Shown: positions 9,649 to 19,371 of the stretch, piece by piece
Position numbering within the stretch: the first letter of the stretch is position 1
Layout: every line of letters starts with the position of its first letter
From: a virus
Taxonomy: Duplodnaviria > Caudoviricetes
Virus record (IMG/VR): IMGVR_UViG_2873737359_000001
Span: 1 to 64,000 of that record
Length of the DNA: 64,000 nucleotides
Direction: 5' to 3' (one strand)
Position numbers and translations under genes: made by a program
Notes under the pieces: model-generated
The model's database searches: none
The model's input: only the letters and a program-made list of their open reading frames with translations
Told to the model about the DNA's origin: nothing

Positions 9649-9843
9649 TTAAATATCCTCACAAACTACTTCAATTGATTCAAATCCTTCATTGTCAATA
9701 AACGCATCTGAAATCTGATCCATAACCATTTTTTCCACAATGTTTTTGTCCGTCAACGTTGCTGCTAATTCTGGATCATCTGAGAAATCATACTCTACTG
9801 TAACTGTAATAATTCTTTTTGTAGATAAATCCATTATTTCCAC
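9649..9843 (-). CDS. Small acidic hypothetical protein
   Basis: Tightly packed ORF. Confidence 0.6.
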   Translation of the reverse strand: MEIMDLSTKRIITVTVEYDFSDDPELAATLTDKNIVEKMVMDQISDAFIDNEGFESIEVVCEDI

Positions 9844-10382
9844 TGCCTCCTTCTTTTACTTTGATCTTTCCAACATTTTGACTTCTTTCTATAATTATCA
9901 AACGCCCAAGGAGCAATGATCCTTTTCGGTTCATTAAGATAAATACCATATTCATTTGCAGCTTCTTTTATTTCATCTGGAACAATACTTCTTCTTCGTT
10001 CTTGAACATTACTTACATGTCTTCTTATCTGATAAGCATAATGACTATAATGACGCATTTTATGCTTTCTATACGCTTTTGTTAAGTCATCAAAAGATCT
10101 AATATTTCCAGAATCATCAACTATTAAAAATCTTCTTCTACAATCTATATATTTCTTATTAAAACATCTATTATCGTATTCAAATGAATTGTGAAACTTT
10201 ACAGATCGTATAAAAAATATATTATATAACTTTACATAATTGCGAAAATATGTATATAAATCTTTCGCCCCACTTACATAACCAAGATACTCCCATGGAA
10301 GCCATTTATAAGTAGTCATTTCATTCCATAAATCAAAACTAATAATTTTTATGTGCTGTATATAAATATGGTATTTTCTCAT
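9834..10382 (-). CDS. Basic hypothetical protein
   Basis: 182-aa ORF ending WKDQSKRRRQWK. Confidence 0.65.
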   Translation of the reverse strand: MRKYHIYIQHIKIISFDLWNEMTTYKWLPWEYLGYVSGAKDLYTYFRNYVKLYNIFFIRSVKFHNSFEYDNRCFNKKYIDCRRRFLIVDDSGNIRSFDDLTKAYRKHKMRHYSHYAYQIRRHVSNVQERRRSIVPDEIKEAANEYGIYLNEPKRIIAPWAFDNYRKKSKCWKDQSKRRRQWK

Positions 10383-10384
10383 AC

Positions 10385-10621
10385 TTATTTCCTCTTGTTA
10401 TTAAGTCTAATATGCTTTTTAAGCTCATTGATTCTTAAAGCTTGTAATAAAATAATGATCCAAGCCAAACAACAATCTATGAATATGGTTCTATTTGGTG
10501 CAACACGTATAAAATAACATGCTGTATTCATTATAATAGAAATTGTGCCAACTATATAAAATAGCCAATCTGTCCAATCTCCATATTTGCGGAAAAATTT
10601 ACGAATCTTATTATGTTTCAT
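10385..10621 (-). CDS. Small two-TM membrane protein
   Basis: Two hydrophobic segments. Confidence 0.6.
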   Translation of the reverse strand: MKHNKIRKFFRKYGDWTDWLFYIVGTISIIMNTACYFIRVAPNRTIFIDCCLAWIIILLQALRINELKKHIRLNNKRK

Positions 10622-11124
10622 CACTCTTCGTACCTCCATAGTTCTACATTATAATCTTCGAGTTCTCTCTTAATGATCGGATATATATCATTCTCCCAAT
10701 CTGCTCCGCCTCTGCCGCAGCCAATCTTATATGGAAGTGCTACTGTCGTATTACGAAGCTCGTCACATTCTTCAACCCATGCAGGCCAATTAGCTTTGAA
10801 TCTTCTTAAACATTCTACAAAGGCACCCAAATCTGTGTATTGTTTGCCATCATAACCATATTTATCCTGAGCGAACATTGATACTACACATTGAGATTCG
10901 CCATGATTTGTCCACCAATAATAATCATTCAAACCAAGCAGCGAAAATCCGGCTTTTGTAACATTGTCATACATTAAATAATAATGCTGGAACAATCCAT
11001 CTTCATATTGTCTTAATGTCTTCGCGACGCCAGAACCCATTACTCCCTGACAATTAACTTGATGTAAAATAAAATCAGTTTTGGCATCCAAAATATTACC
11101 ATTAATGATTTTTATATTGCTCAA
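10621..11124 (-). CDS. Macrodomain protein (Poa1p/TARG1-like ADP-ribose processing)
   Basis: GNILD, HQVNC.GVMGSGVA, P.KIGCGRGG.DW. Confidence 0.9.
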   Translation of the reverse strand: MSNIKIINGNILDAKTDFILHQVNCQGVMGSGVAKTLRQYEDGLFQHYYLMYDNVTKAGFSLLGLNDYYWWTNHGESQCVVSMFAQDKYGYDGKQYTDLGAFVECLRRFKANWPAWVEECDELRNTTVALPYKIGCGRGGADWENDIYPIIKRELEDYNVELWRYEE

Positions 11125-11893
11125 AAGTAAATCCTCCCATTACACACCATTTATTCACGAACATCGTGTACCATTCAACCCATTCCTTATTCACAGTATC
11201 TGGAAGATCGGTGTTCTCTTTGTCATATTTAAATCTTTCTTCTAACTGGTTAATTAAATCATAATAAATAGATATAATTTTACCATTGTCAGTTAAGAAT
11301 TGTCCGTTGCGAATATCCATAAGAAGCGAATGCTCATCTTCACGATATGTCACAATTTTTTTATTTTCCAGTACATCAAAGGCCATATAATACAACCGGA
11401 TTGGATGAACCATATACTTCGCAAGTTTATCCTTGTCAATAAATACCTTTTCAAGATCGAGCATTTTTTTGCTCTTTTCAATATATCCGCCAAATGAATA
11501 CGCCGCTTTTCTACAGAGAATCTCATCTGCATTATTTTTTAAAATATCAAAAAATATATGTTTATATAAATAATGCTCCGGTTTTAATCCAAGAATTTCA
11601 ATGACTGCAGGATTATTGCTACAAAGCAGTTTAATCATTTTCTTAAATGTATATATAGTCGTGTCAGTTTCATGGCTGACTACTTGCTCAATATCCTGTT
11701 CTAATAAAATTTCTCTCTCAGTATTACGAGTAATGCCCCTTATATCCAGATCGCTACTAGCTGCATTAGTACCATAAGCATAGCTACCTCCTATGGCGAG
11801 AACCATAATATTCTCGCCAAGATGAGGGTTTATACGAAGAAATTCATATCTTTTATCAGTTTTAAGAGTTTGTTTAATTTCATTTAAAGTCAT
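11102..11893 (-). CDS. Pol-beta nucleotidyltransferase (RlaP/YcgL/nrdC.11-like)
   Basis: GSYAYG....SDLDIRG, NP..IE.L. Confidence 0.85.
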   Translation of the reverse strand: MTLNEIKQTLKTDKRYEFLRINPHLGENIMVLAIGGSYAYGTNAASSDLDIRGITRNTEREILLEQDIEQVVSHETDTTIYTFKKMIKLLCSNNPAVIEILGLKPEHYLYKHIFFDILKNNADEILCRKAAYSFGGYIEKSKKMLDLEKVFIDKDKLAKYMVHPIRLYYMAFDVLENKKIVTYREDEHSLLMDIRNGQFLTDNGKIISIYYDLINQLEERFKYDKENTDLPDTVNKEWVEWYTMFVNKWCVMGGFTFEQYKNH

Positions 11894-13365
11894 TATATTT
11901 CTCCATTCAATCTGTTACGGATTTCCTCAAATGTATCCCTATGAATAATTCTGCCATCCTTAAATACAGTTTTAAGTTCGCTATTCTGTCTAATCCCTTC
12001 AAGTCCATCAATGCAATAAAGATCGTTATCATAGTAATCTCTCTGTACTACACAGCAGCCTTTATGAGATTTCTTAAGCTTGCTAGTATCTGTTTTAGGA
12101 TCTTTGTAGATCATAATTGGTTTACCATTTACTTCGCCATATGTAGCCTTCATAGCAATTCCAAAAGTGTCTCTGGTTACAACAACCATACGACCATCAT
12201 CTTCGACAATAGCCGAGAAACAAAATGCACCTACGCCAAATACAATATTGTTCGCTGCAAAGCCTAAATCTCGTAATTTATTCCAAATCTCATTTACATG
12301 ATTGAGCGAACATCCGTCTCCATAAATAATACCAATATGAGGGTCGAGTACTTTATAACCTTTGTTATTTACTGTTCCTCCAAATGTATTCCAAAGTTTT
12401 TTAATTGTTTTTACAGCTATTTCTACCATGTCACCTGAATCCGGTCTGACAAGTAATTTCCCGTTATGATTCATGATTTCTTCTTTACAAGCCGGGAGAA
12501 TATTATCAATCATATTCCAATAATCATATGTATCAGATACCATACTAAAAGATGAATTCGGATATAACTCTGTAAGAAGTCTTTTGACAAATGTAATCTC
12601 GTCACCGTCAACTGCAAAATTTGAAGCCATAACTGAATGTTCTGTACTTACAGCCCCAATACCAAGACCCGTATTTTTACAATCAGCCTGATAATAAGTA
12701 TCAATGTAATCAATCGCCGGAATTGTGCTTGTCTTATTAAAGGAAAGTAACCAGGCGGCAGAACATCTCTGAGCTTCGTCCATACAAGACATACCTCTCA
12801 TACCAAAATCAGAAGCCGCCATTGCTGGATCTGCATCGTCTGTAGTTATTTTGTACCAATAATCTGCCATTTCTCTGTACATGTGACCGATTGTAGCATG
12901 GCAACATGGTTTCCAAAGTTCAACCTGCAGGATACATTCGATCCACTGTACAACCCATGCAAAATCTGGATGTGTATTACTGATCTCAATACATGGCACT
13001 GTCATTGGTACAAGTGTTCCTTCCGGGAGTGCTCTAATATGTAATGGAAGATACCCAAGACGATGCAATTTAATGATCGGATCCAAATCATAATCTTTTG
13101 ATGTAAGCTGAATATTCATAGTAGAAATATATGTACTAGCTACTAAAGATTCCGGAAGCTTAAAAAACCAAGTATTAAAATACTCAATCAAATACTCCTG
13201 AACAAATGCCTGGAGTCCAAAGAACACCATTTCCTTCTGATTTTTAAGCATTGATCTTCTCGGGGTCCAATAAGATACTAATTTAGTAAGCCCCGGAGGA
13301 AGCATTTTATTATGTACCTGTTTATATGTATCTGAAAGTAGAATTGCTAGTGTTTTTGTATTCAT
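11893..13365 (-). CDS. NAMPT-fold nicotinamide/nicotinate (ADP-/phospho)ribosyltransferase (Namat/NadV-like)
   Basis: DTYK..H, DFGMRG, STEHS, VSDTYD, RPDSG, IYGDG, RDTFG.AMKAT, KKS.KG. Confidence 0.92.
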   Translation of the reverse strand: MNTKTLAILLSDTYKQVHNKMLPPGLTKLVSYWTPRRSMLKNQKEMVFFGLQAFVQEYLIEYFNTWFFKLPESLVASTYISTMNIQLTSKDYDLDPIIKLHRLGYLPLHIRALPEGTLVPMTVPCIEISNTHPDFAWVVQWIECILQVELWKPCCHATIGHMYREMADYWYKITTDDADPAMAASDFGMRGMSCMDEAQRCSAAWLLSFNKTSTIPAIDYIDTYYQADCKNTGLGIGAVSTEHSVMASNFAVDGDEITFVKRLLTELYPNSSFSMVSDTYDYWNMIDNILPACKEEIMNHNGKLLVRPDSGDMVEIAVKTIKKLWNTFGGTVNNKGYKVLDPHIGIIYGDGCSLNHVNEIWNKLRDLGFAANNIVFGVGAFCFSAIVEDDGRMVVVTRDTFGIAMKATYGEVNGKPIMIYKDPKTDTSKLKKSHKGCCVVQRDYYDNDLYCIDGLEGIRQNSELKTVFKDGRIIHRDTFEEIRNRLNGEI

Positions 13366-13787
13366 TATTTTTCATTCTCCTCTACATTATTACTCTGATT
13401 GCCATTTACAATTTTATCAATTTGATCTGAGACATAATCGATTACATCTTTCCCAGTTTTTCCGATGGCTTGAATATTATCGGTTGTTAAATTGTCCAAA
13501 GCCAACATCGTATACATGGTATCTTTTGAAGGAGCAATGACAACTAACAACGCACTTATAATTAAACCAACAACAGATTTTTTGAAACATTTTTTAATAT
13601 TTAATATTTTATTTTGGTCTTTTTCATCATCTTCGTTATAATATGGACTATCTATGACTATTAAAAAATATATTGCATTTCCAATTCCGACAAGTATTGC
13701 AGCAGCTGCTGCTACTATAAAAATATTTTTTAATCCAGATAAAACATTAATTAAGTAAATTGACCACGGACTAATAATAGGATTCAT
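13365..13787 (-). CDS. Phage membrane protein
   Basis: MNPIISPW start, two TMs, PSK.T.Y motif; paralogue at 47547-47894. Confidence 0.75.
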   Translation of the reverse strand: MNPIISPWSIYLINVLSGLKNIFIVAAAAAILVGIGNAIYFLIVIDSPYYNEDDEKDQNKILNIKKCFKKSVVGLIISALLVVIAPSKDTMYTMLALDNLTTDNIQAIGKTGKDVIDYVSDQIDKIVNGNQSNNVEENEK

Positions 13788-13805
13788 AATTAAAATACCC
13801 CCGGA

Positions 13806-14618
13806 TCATTTTTTTCTAAACTCTTCAACCAGTTCAATCTTTGGACTTTCTGTATTTGTAAGAATACTATCTGTAGTATAAATCTTTTCAATAAGTCCGT
13901 TATTTTTAAGCAGCTCTCCATCGTAAATTGAATTTTCACAATGAGTAACATACAGATAAATGTTTGTTGCACCAAGTTCTTTGAGTTTCAATGCACTGTG
14001 ATAGAATGTTCCACCTTTGCTGCAGATATCATCAACAATAAGAATATCTTTACCTGATAGCTGATCAATTTCGCCAGATAAATCTAAACCTTTAATCTCT
14101 CCAGTTTCCCAATCTCTATTCTTAATGCCGAAGGCATATGGAAGATGCACTGCTGAAGAATATCTCTTCATAGATCCTGCGTCTGGATAAAACATCATGA
14201 GATTATCACTTGCAATCTTCTTAACAGCAGTTTCAATCATTCGATTCGGAGATTCTACATGTATTTTATTAAATAATGCGACAGATACATCAGAGTGAGG
14301 ATCTAAAACTTCTACCTTATCAAAATGTAACGAATTAATAGTCTGAGCGAAGTATTTTAAAGTGAATATCTCATTTTCTTTTTTAACTCGATCCATACGA
14401 GCATCTGGAATATAAGGCATGTATAAATAAGGCATTACTTTATGATCCCAACAGTATCGTGCAATATAAACTACTGCTGCGAATTCTTCCATTGAATCAA
14501 AAAACCATTCAATAACACTTCTATGCCATCCTCTAATAGATGATGGAATATTCTTAAATAAAAATGTTCCATCTGGATATTTATCAAGTTTGATTTCTAC
14601 GCCGTTTAATTTAATCAT
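13806..14618 (-). CDS. PRS-like pyrophosphokinase (Adps/ADPR-PP synthetase-like)
   Basis: YPDG, PY.P.ARMDR, LDPHS, PDAG, IVDDICSKGGT; ATG 14618 (MIKLNG). Confidence 0.9.
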   Translation of the reverse strand: MIKLNGVEIKLDKYPDGTFLFKNIPSSIRGWHRSVIEWFFDSMEEFAAVVYIARYCWDHKVMPYLYMPYIPDARMDRVKKENEIFTLKYFAQTINSLHFDKVEVLDPHSDVSVALFNKIHVESPNRMIETAVKKIASDNLMMFYPDAGSMKRYSSAVHLPYAFGIKNRDWETGEIKGLDLSGEIDQLSGKDILIVDDICSKGGTFYHSALKLKELGATNIYLYVTHCENSIYDGELLKNNGLIEKIYTTDSILTNTESPKIELVEEFRKK

Positions 14619-14634
14619 TCCTCTTTCCCTCTCT

Positions 14635-14919
14635 TTACCAAGTAATTTCATTGTTTTGGTTCGATATAGATTTGTTTGATTTATATCTTTCAGTATACAA
14701 TCTTTCAGTATACAAGTGTTCCAATTTCTCAAGTTCATCTTCAGTAAGATTTGCCTGCTGCATAATATCAAATATTTCACAAAGTAAATACGCCAGTTTT
14801 TGAAGATTTATTTCATATGGATAATCTGGATAATTATCTCCTAGCTCATGATGTAACATCAAATCTATACATTCTGGTCTTTGTGATAGTTTTATAATTC
14901 GTTCTCTAGTTTGACCCAA
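14635..14919 (-). CDS. Hypothetical protein
   Basis: 94-aa ORF filling the operon gap. Confidence 0.55.
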   Translation of the reverse strand: MGQTRERIIKLSQRPECIDLMLHHELGDNYPDYPYEINLQKLAYLLCEIFDIMQQANLTEDELEKLEHLYTERLYTERYKSNKSISNQNNEITW

Positions 14920-14920
14920 T

Positions 14921-16030
14921 TTAGTTCACCTCAAAATAAAAATACTTTACTTTCCAATCGTCTTTAAATGTATCACGAACAGATAAAGCTATCTTTCCAC
15001 ATTCATTCATATGCGTTATAGCTAAAGTTTTCTGGCACGGGAGTCCTGCAGTTTTTATATCTGCTTGACATCTTTCATGTAATTCTTTTACATTTAACTT
15101 CCCATATCTCAAAGTATCCTGATGTGGATTTGGAACATTGGTTAAATCTTCTATGTCCAGATTTATGTCCGGATTAATTTCTTCCTTATTACATTCAGTT
15201 GGGAACGCACCGGCTCCATGCCGCGTCATATATGTACGTGTCACATAACAAGCTTCTATATTAATTTCATCAGTCCAATTTACAGACTTTATAATTCTGG
15301 CAGGATTTTTAATACCAGTGTTAGATGGAGTAAGATGTGGATAATATTCAATATTATTTTGATCCAAAAGAAGCCCCTGCCCATTTTCAAATACTATGGT
15401 ATCGTATCCATTAAGTAATTGATCATTATTTACAAAATGTACATGTGACATCATAAAATCAAGATCTTCATAGTAATGATCTCGAAGCCCAGGATTTTTT
15501 ACGGGATGAAATAATTCTTCTTCCTGTTCAGATAACGTAATTCCCATGCTTTTGAACATATTCATATAATATGACCATGACAATGAATATGAATTAATAT
15601 GTTTTTTATATCGTTGAATTGTATTATAAATCCCCATTCCACAGCTTCCGTGTTTATTGTTACCACGACTTCGTTCAATAATTTGATTTGCCATCATATC
15701 AAGAGGATTTGTAATCATACATTTTCCATGAACGTACACATAAGGTTCCCATCCTAATTTCTTTAACTCTTCCCATTCTTCCCTAAATACCAGAGGATTT
15801 AAAATAAAATCCTCCGGTAAATAAGTATCTGCTCCGTTTAATGTTCCAGAGCCGAAATGATGAAAGACATGCCGGGTTCCGTCTGATTTTAATACTGTAT
15901 GTCCTCTCTGAGCACCGCCATTTGAACACACAACGATACAGTTATCTGCATTTTTAGTATAATAATCTGTTAATTTGCCCTTGCCCTCGTCACCAAAGTT
16001 TGCCCCGATGACAATTTTTATATCTTTCAT
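14921..16030 (-). CDS. Divergent adenylosuccinate synthetase (PurA)-like protein
   Basis: GANFGDEGKG, GG.Q.GHT, FE.GQG.LLD, YP.LT.S, Y.TRHGAG. Confidence 0.88.
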   Translation of the reverse strand: MKDIKIVIGANFGDEGKGKLTDYYTKNADNCIVVCSNGGAQRGHTVLKSDGTRHVFHHFGSGTLNGADTYLPEDFILNPLVFREEWEELKKLGWEPYVYVHGKCMITNPLDMMANQIIERSRGNNKHGSCGMGIYNTIQRYKKHINSYSLSWSYYMNMFKSMGITLSEQEEELFHPVKNPGLRDHYYEDLDFMMSHVHFVNNDQLLNGYDTIVFENGQGLLLDQNNIEYYPHLTPSNTGIKNPARIIKSVNWTDEINIEACYVTRTYMTRHGAGAFPTECNKEEINPDINLDIEDLTNVPNPHQDTLRYGKLNVKELHERCQADIKTAGLPCQKTLAITHMNECGKIALSVRDTFKDDWKVKYFYFEVN

Positions 16031-16039
16031 ATGTTCTCC

Positions 16040-16939
16040 TTACCAAACAATAGCTCCTGATTCATCTGTTTCTGCAGAAATTACAGTGGATGAGGCTACT
16101 ACAGGTTCATTATTTTCTGCAGCCGCAACTACAATCTTTACAATTTCATCTGCAATATTATCAAGACGATTAATGGTCCTAAAATGGTTATCATCAAGAT
16201 ACTCTGAGAAAGACTCAACTATTCCTTCCAGGTCATATTCATTACGATGATTTACATTGATATGATAAATATCAAATTTCTCAGATGTTTCCATATATAA
16301 ATCTTTAGTTTCTACATCTGCCTGAAGTGTATCGCCAGTTGTAATTCCTAATCCAGAACGGCGTCCTGATACTGGTAAGTACGGATTAAGACGTTCGTCT
16401 CCAATAGTAATAATTACGCCTTTTTTACCCCTATTCCAACAATCAAGTTTTGTATGACGAGATCCAAAATACCAAGCAGCAGTATAAGATTCATATGAGT
16501 TACCTCCGCCACCAAATTCAAAGTAAATTTTATCAAGCTGCTCTGCGATTCTAATATCTGATTCAAACTGAGAAGCCTGTATCGGATAACTATCATAAGC
16601 CAAATCTCCAATACCCATAATCATAAATTCTACATCTTTAATCTGACCATATAATTTTGTCATGATTTCATTAAGTCTTTTTGCAATTTCTACTGCGGTC
16701 TGCCCCATAGATCCGGTGACATCTAAAGCCAAAATAACCGGTAAAGTATTCGGATGTTCTTCATTATCGCAACATTCTCTAATAACACCTTTAGGATCGA
16801 GTGCTGCATCAATATTTTTTGCTTTAAACATTTCCTGGTTAGAATAGTTAGAAGTGATAATTCCTCTAGTATCAGTCTCGTATCCTTTTGATGTTGCATA
16901 ATTTACAAAACTTGCTGTTGTCCAACTTCCACATCCCAT
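16040..16939 (-). CDS. vWA-domain protein
   Basis: MIDAS DVTGSM, GGGGN..ESY, TIGDE. Confidence 0.88.
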   Translation of the reverse strand: MGCGSWTTASFVNYATSKGYETDTRGIITSNYSNQEMFKAKNIDAALDPKGVIRECCDNEEHPNTLPVILALDVTGSMGQTAVEIAKRLNEIMTKLYGQIKDVEFMIMGIGDLAYDSYPIQASQFESDIRIAEQLDKIYFEFGGGGNSYESYTAAWYFGSRHTKLDCWNRGKKGVIITIGDERLNPYLPVSGRRSGLGITTGDTLQADVETKDLYMETSEKFDIYHINVNHRNEYDLEGIVESFSEYLDDNHFRTINRLDNIADEIVKIVVAAAENNEPVVASSTVISAETDESGAIVW

Positions 16940-16941
16940 AA

Positions 16942-17553
16942 TTATTCGTCCTCCTCTACTTCATCATCTTCTACATCAGTATCATCCATACTGAAATCAA
17001 ACATGCCGTCAAACATATCTCCCATACTACCGTTCATCATCATAAATGGCATCATAGCGTTCATAGGATTATTGTCTGTTCCAGTTCCTGTACCAGCTAC
17101 TCCGTTCATCATCTGGGTCATCATCATATATTTGAATATTTTGTTTGCACTGTTCTTGTCTTTTCCAAGATTACTTCCAAACATAGACACGATTTTTCCA
17201 TAGAAATAAGTGTTTCCCATAAATACATGGCGCTCCGGCAAAATTGTTTCAACTGTAGAATCCTCATAATTGATTACAGTAATTTTTGTTTTATCTGCTT
17301 CAATAACGCATTTTGGTCTTCCATTTACAAGGATAATATCTCATTTAGCCACCTTATTTGTTGGAATAACGAAGAAGAAATTTTCATCTACTCCAGGAAA
17401 CACAAAATTACCACAGTTTGTGAGCTTACCGGATTTAACATTGTAACTCTTATATCCATTAGAAGTTTTTACAGCAATATTACCGCTCATGGATAACTTG
17501 CACATTCCGCTACCAATTTTTCCAAACATTCCATTCATAAAATTATTCATCAT
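16942..17553 (-). pseudogene. Phage protein with Met-rich tail, interrupted by one in-frame TGA
   Basis: Track ORFs 17341-17568 and 16942-17241 share a frame: NKVAK*DIILVNGRPK...; stop at 17341-17343. Confidence 0.8.
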
Positions 17554-17576
17554 TTTAATTTCCTCCATTGTTTAAT

Positions 17577-18131
17577 TTAATTTTTATTGATCACATTAAT
17601 TTGACAGCTCTCCATTACCTCAAGCGCTGCTTTATGCTTTACTGGTGTTGATCCGGCGCAACAACTAGCATCAACTGTAATTTCTACTTCTGGAAATTCA
17701 GTTTTTAAACACAAAGCATTTGTAATCACACAAATATCCGTACAAAGACCTATGATTTCTACTTCATAAATTGGCTTGCCAAGTTCAAACATGCCAAGCC
17801 ATGGCAGATAATCCCAATGATATCCAAATGTATCTTTATAACGGATTTTTCTTAAATCTGGAGATTCTTCTTCTACTGCCAACTCACTAATAATTTCCCA
17901 TCCCCATGTATTACGAATACAATGCTCCACAGGAAGTTTTCTACCTTCCTGAGTATTTAAGTAATTTACTTCGTGCGTATCTTTGGTAAAAATAACAAAA
18001 TCACCATTGTTTCTATACTCATTAATTTTTTTTACAATATTGGGGACTATGGCAATGGCTTCATCACTACCAAGACTTCCATAAACAAAGTCATTCTGAA
18101 CATCCACTACAACTAATATCTTCTTTGCCAT
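17577..18131 (-). CDS. pncA: Nicotinamidase (isochorismatase-family cysteine hydrolase)
   Basis: VVVDVQNDF..GSL, TKDTH, P.HC..NT.G, K.TF, GLCTDICV. Confidence 0.88.
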   Translation of the reverse strand: MAKKILVVVDVQNDFVYGSLGSDEAIAIVPNIVKKINEYRNNGDFVIFTKDTHEVNYLNTQEGRKLPVEHCIRNTWGWEIISELAVEEESPDLRKIRYKDTFGYHWDYLPWLGMFELGKPIYEVEIIGLCTDICVITNALCLKTEFPEVEITVDASCCAGSTPVKHKAALEVMESCQINVINKN

Positions 18132-18468
18132 CTTCTTTTCTCCATTCTTTTTCCTGCTGTTTGCAATCTATTACCTGCTGCTTATCATGTCGTTTATAAT
18201 TATCTCCAGGACCATTACGTGCATTTGCATGAGCTTTTCTCATATTTGTCTTTTCAGCGGCACCGCCTCGACCAAGCCATCCATTATGACCTTTGGCTAG
18301 CATCCCTGATTCAAATTCAGATTCATCAATCCATTTACCACGATATGCCCCAGCATATTTTTGCTCCTTAATTAATCTGCGTCTTTTCTTGATATTTTTT
18401 ATTCTTTGTTTTCTATAATATCCTCTGTCACGTTTTGGCAAATAACTCGCCTCCTTATCACAGTTCAA
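18091..18468 (-). CDS. Basic hypothetical protein
   Basis: 125-aa ORF. Confidence 0.6.
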   Translation of the reverse strand: MNCDKEASYLPKRDRGYYRKQRIKNIKKRRRLIKEQKYAGAYRGKWIDESEFESGMLAKGHNGWLGRGGAAEKTNMRKAHANARNGPGDNYKRHDKQQVIDCKQQEKEWRKEDGKEDISCSGCSE

Positions 18469-18474
18469 TTATCT

Positions 18475-18528
18475 GAATATCCACTTTTTATTCTGAATAT
18501 TTACTTTTGTAATAAAAAGTGGATATTC
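18475..18528. repeat. 18-bp inverted repeat
   Basis: GAATATCCACTTTTTATT...AATAAAAAGTGGATATTC, intergenic. Confidence 0.7.
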
Positions 18529-18533
18529 GATTT

Positions 18534-19169
18534 TTAATTCTTAATATCACATCTTTTGGCCACCTCAATTTCTTTATCAGTAAGACTGTCAGCTCCAGTA
18601 ATAATCTCTTCTAATGTTCGAGGTGTATAATTCATATATGGCATCATAGCTCCTGCGTTATACATATTACATGGTCGATCATACAGTTCTTTCATTTCAT
18701 ATTTAGTGCGTTCCATCATATTCCACTCGAACGAATTATGTACATGTGCATAGAGATGATACCAACCGTAATAATGATGATTGAAACATGGAATCGGATA
18801 ATGGCAGAGTACAACACCATTACTATTCTTCTTGTCATCTGTTCCAGTGATATGCAGCTCTTTATAATCTGTAATTTCTACAAACATAGACTGCAACTCT
18901 CTATTTTTAAGATGCTTATGATCATGATTTCCCCTAATTAAATGAATATGTCCATTTAACTGTTTAAGAATTTCAAGAGTTTTTGTAGTGTTATACCAAC
19001 TGATGTCACCAAGAATGTATACGTCGTCTTCCATGCCAACAACATTGTTCCAATTCTTAATAAGCACAGCATCATGGTCTTCAATTGTCTTAAATGGGCG
19101 ATTATCAAATGATAGACAATTCACATGACCAAAATGTAAGTCACCGATAAAATAATTCATATGTGTCAC
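18534..19169 (-). CDS. Calcineurin-like metallophosphoesterase
   Basis: DLHFGH, LGD, GNHD, CHYP, HVH. Confidence 0.9.
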   Translation of the reverse strand: MTHMNYFIGDLHFGHVNCLSFDNRPFKTIEDHDAVLIKNWNNVVGMEDDVYILGDISWYNTTKTLEILKQLNGHIHLIRGNHDHKHLKNRELQSMFVEITDYKELHITGTDDKKNSNGVVLCHYPIPCFNHHYYGWYHLYAHVHNSFEWNMMERTKYEMKELYDRPCNMYNAGAMMPYMNYTPRTLEEIITGADSLTDKEIEVAKRCDIKN

Positions 19170-19354
19170 ACCTTAAATTTGTTAATATATTTCATCATTT
19201 CATCTTCTTCCAGATAAAATGGATCTTTACCATCTGCTGCGATTGCTCCGTGTACTATTGCCATGAACTGTTCGAATCTCAAATCTGGAGCATTTGTAGC
19301 CCATACTGCAGCCAACTCGTTACAAAATTTATAAATTCTATTCGGATCTCTCAT
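19166..19354 (-). CDS. Small phage protein
   Basis: MRDPNRI...PDLRF.Q...DPFY.ED pattern. Confidence 0.7.
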   Translation of the reverse strand: MRDPNRIYKFCNELAAVWATNAPDLRFEQFMAIVHGAIAADGKDPFYLEEDEMMKYINKFKV

Positions 19355-19371
19355 GTTCTTTTAATCTCATT

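Noticed and set aside
14921-16030. PurZ / Z-genome biosynthesis
   Set aside because: The motif is GDEGKG with Asp, not the PurZ Ser form, and no DatZ- or MazZ-like gene is recognisable.
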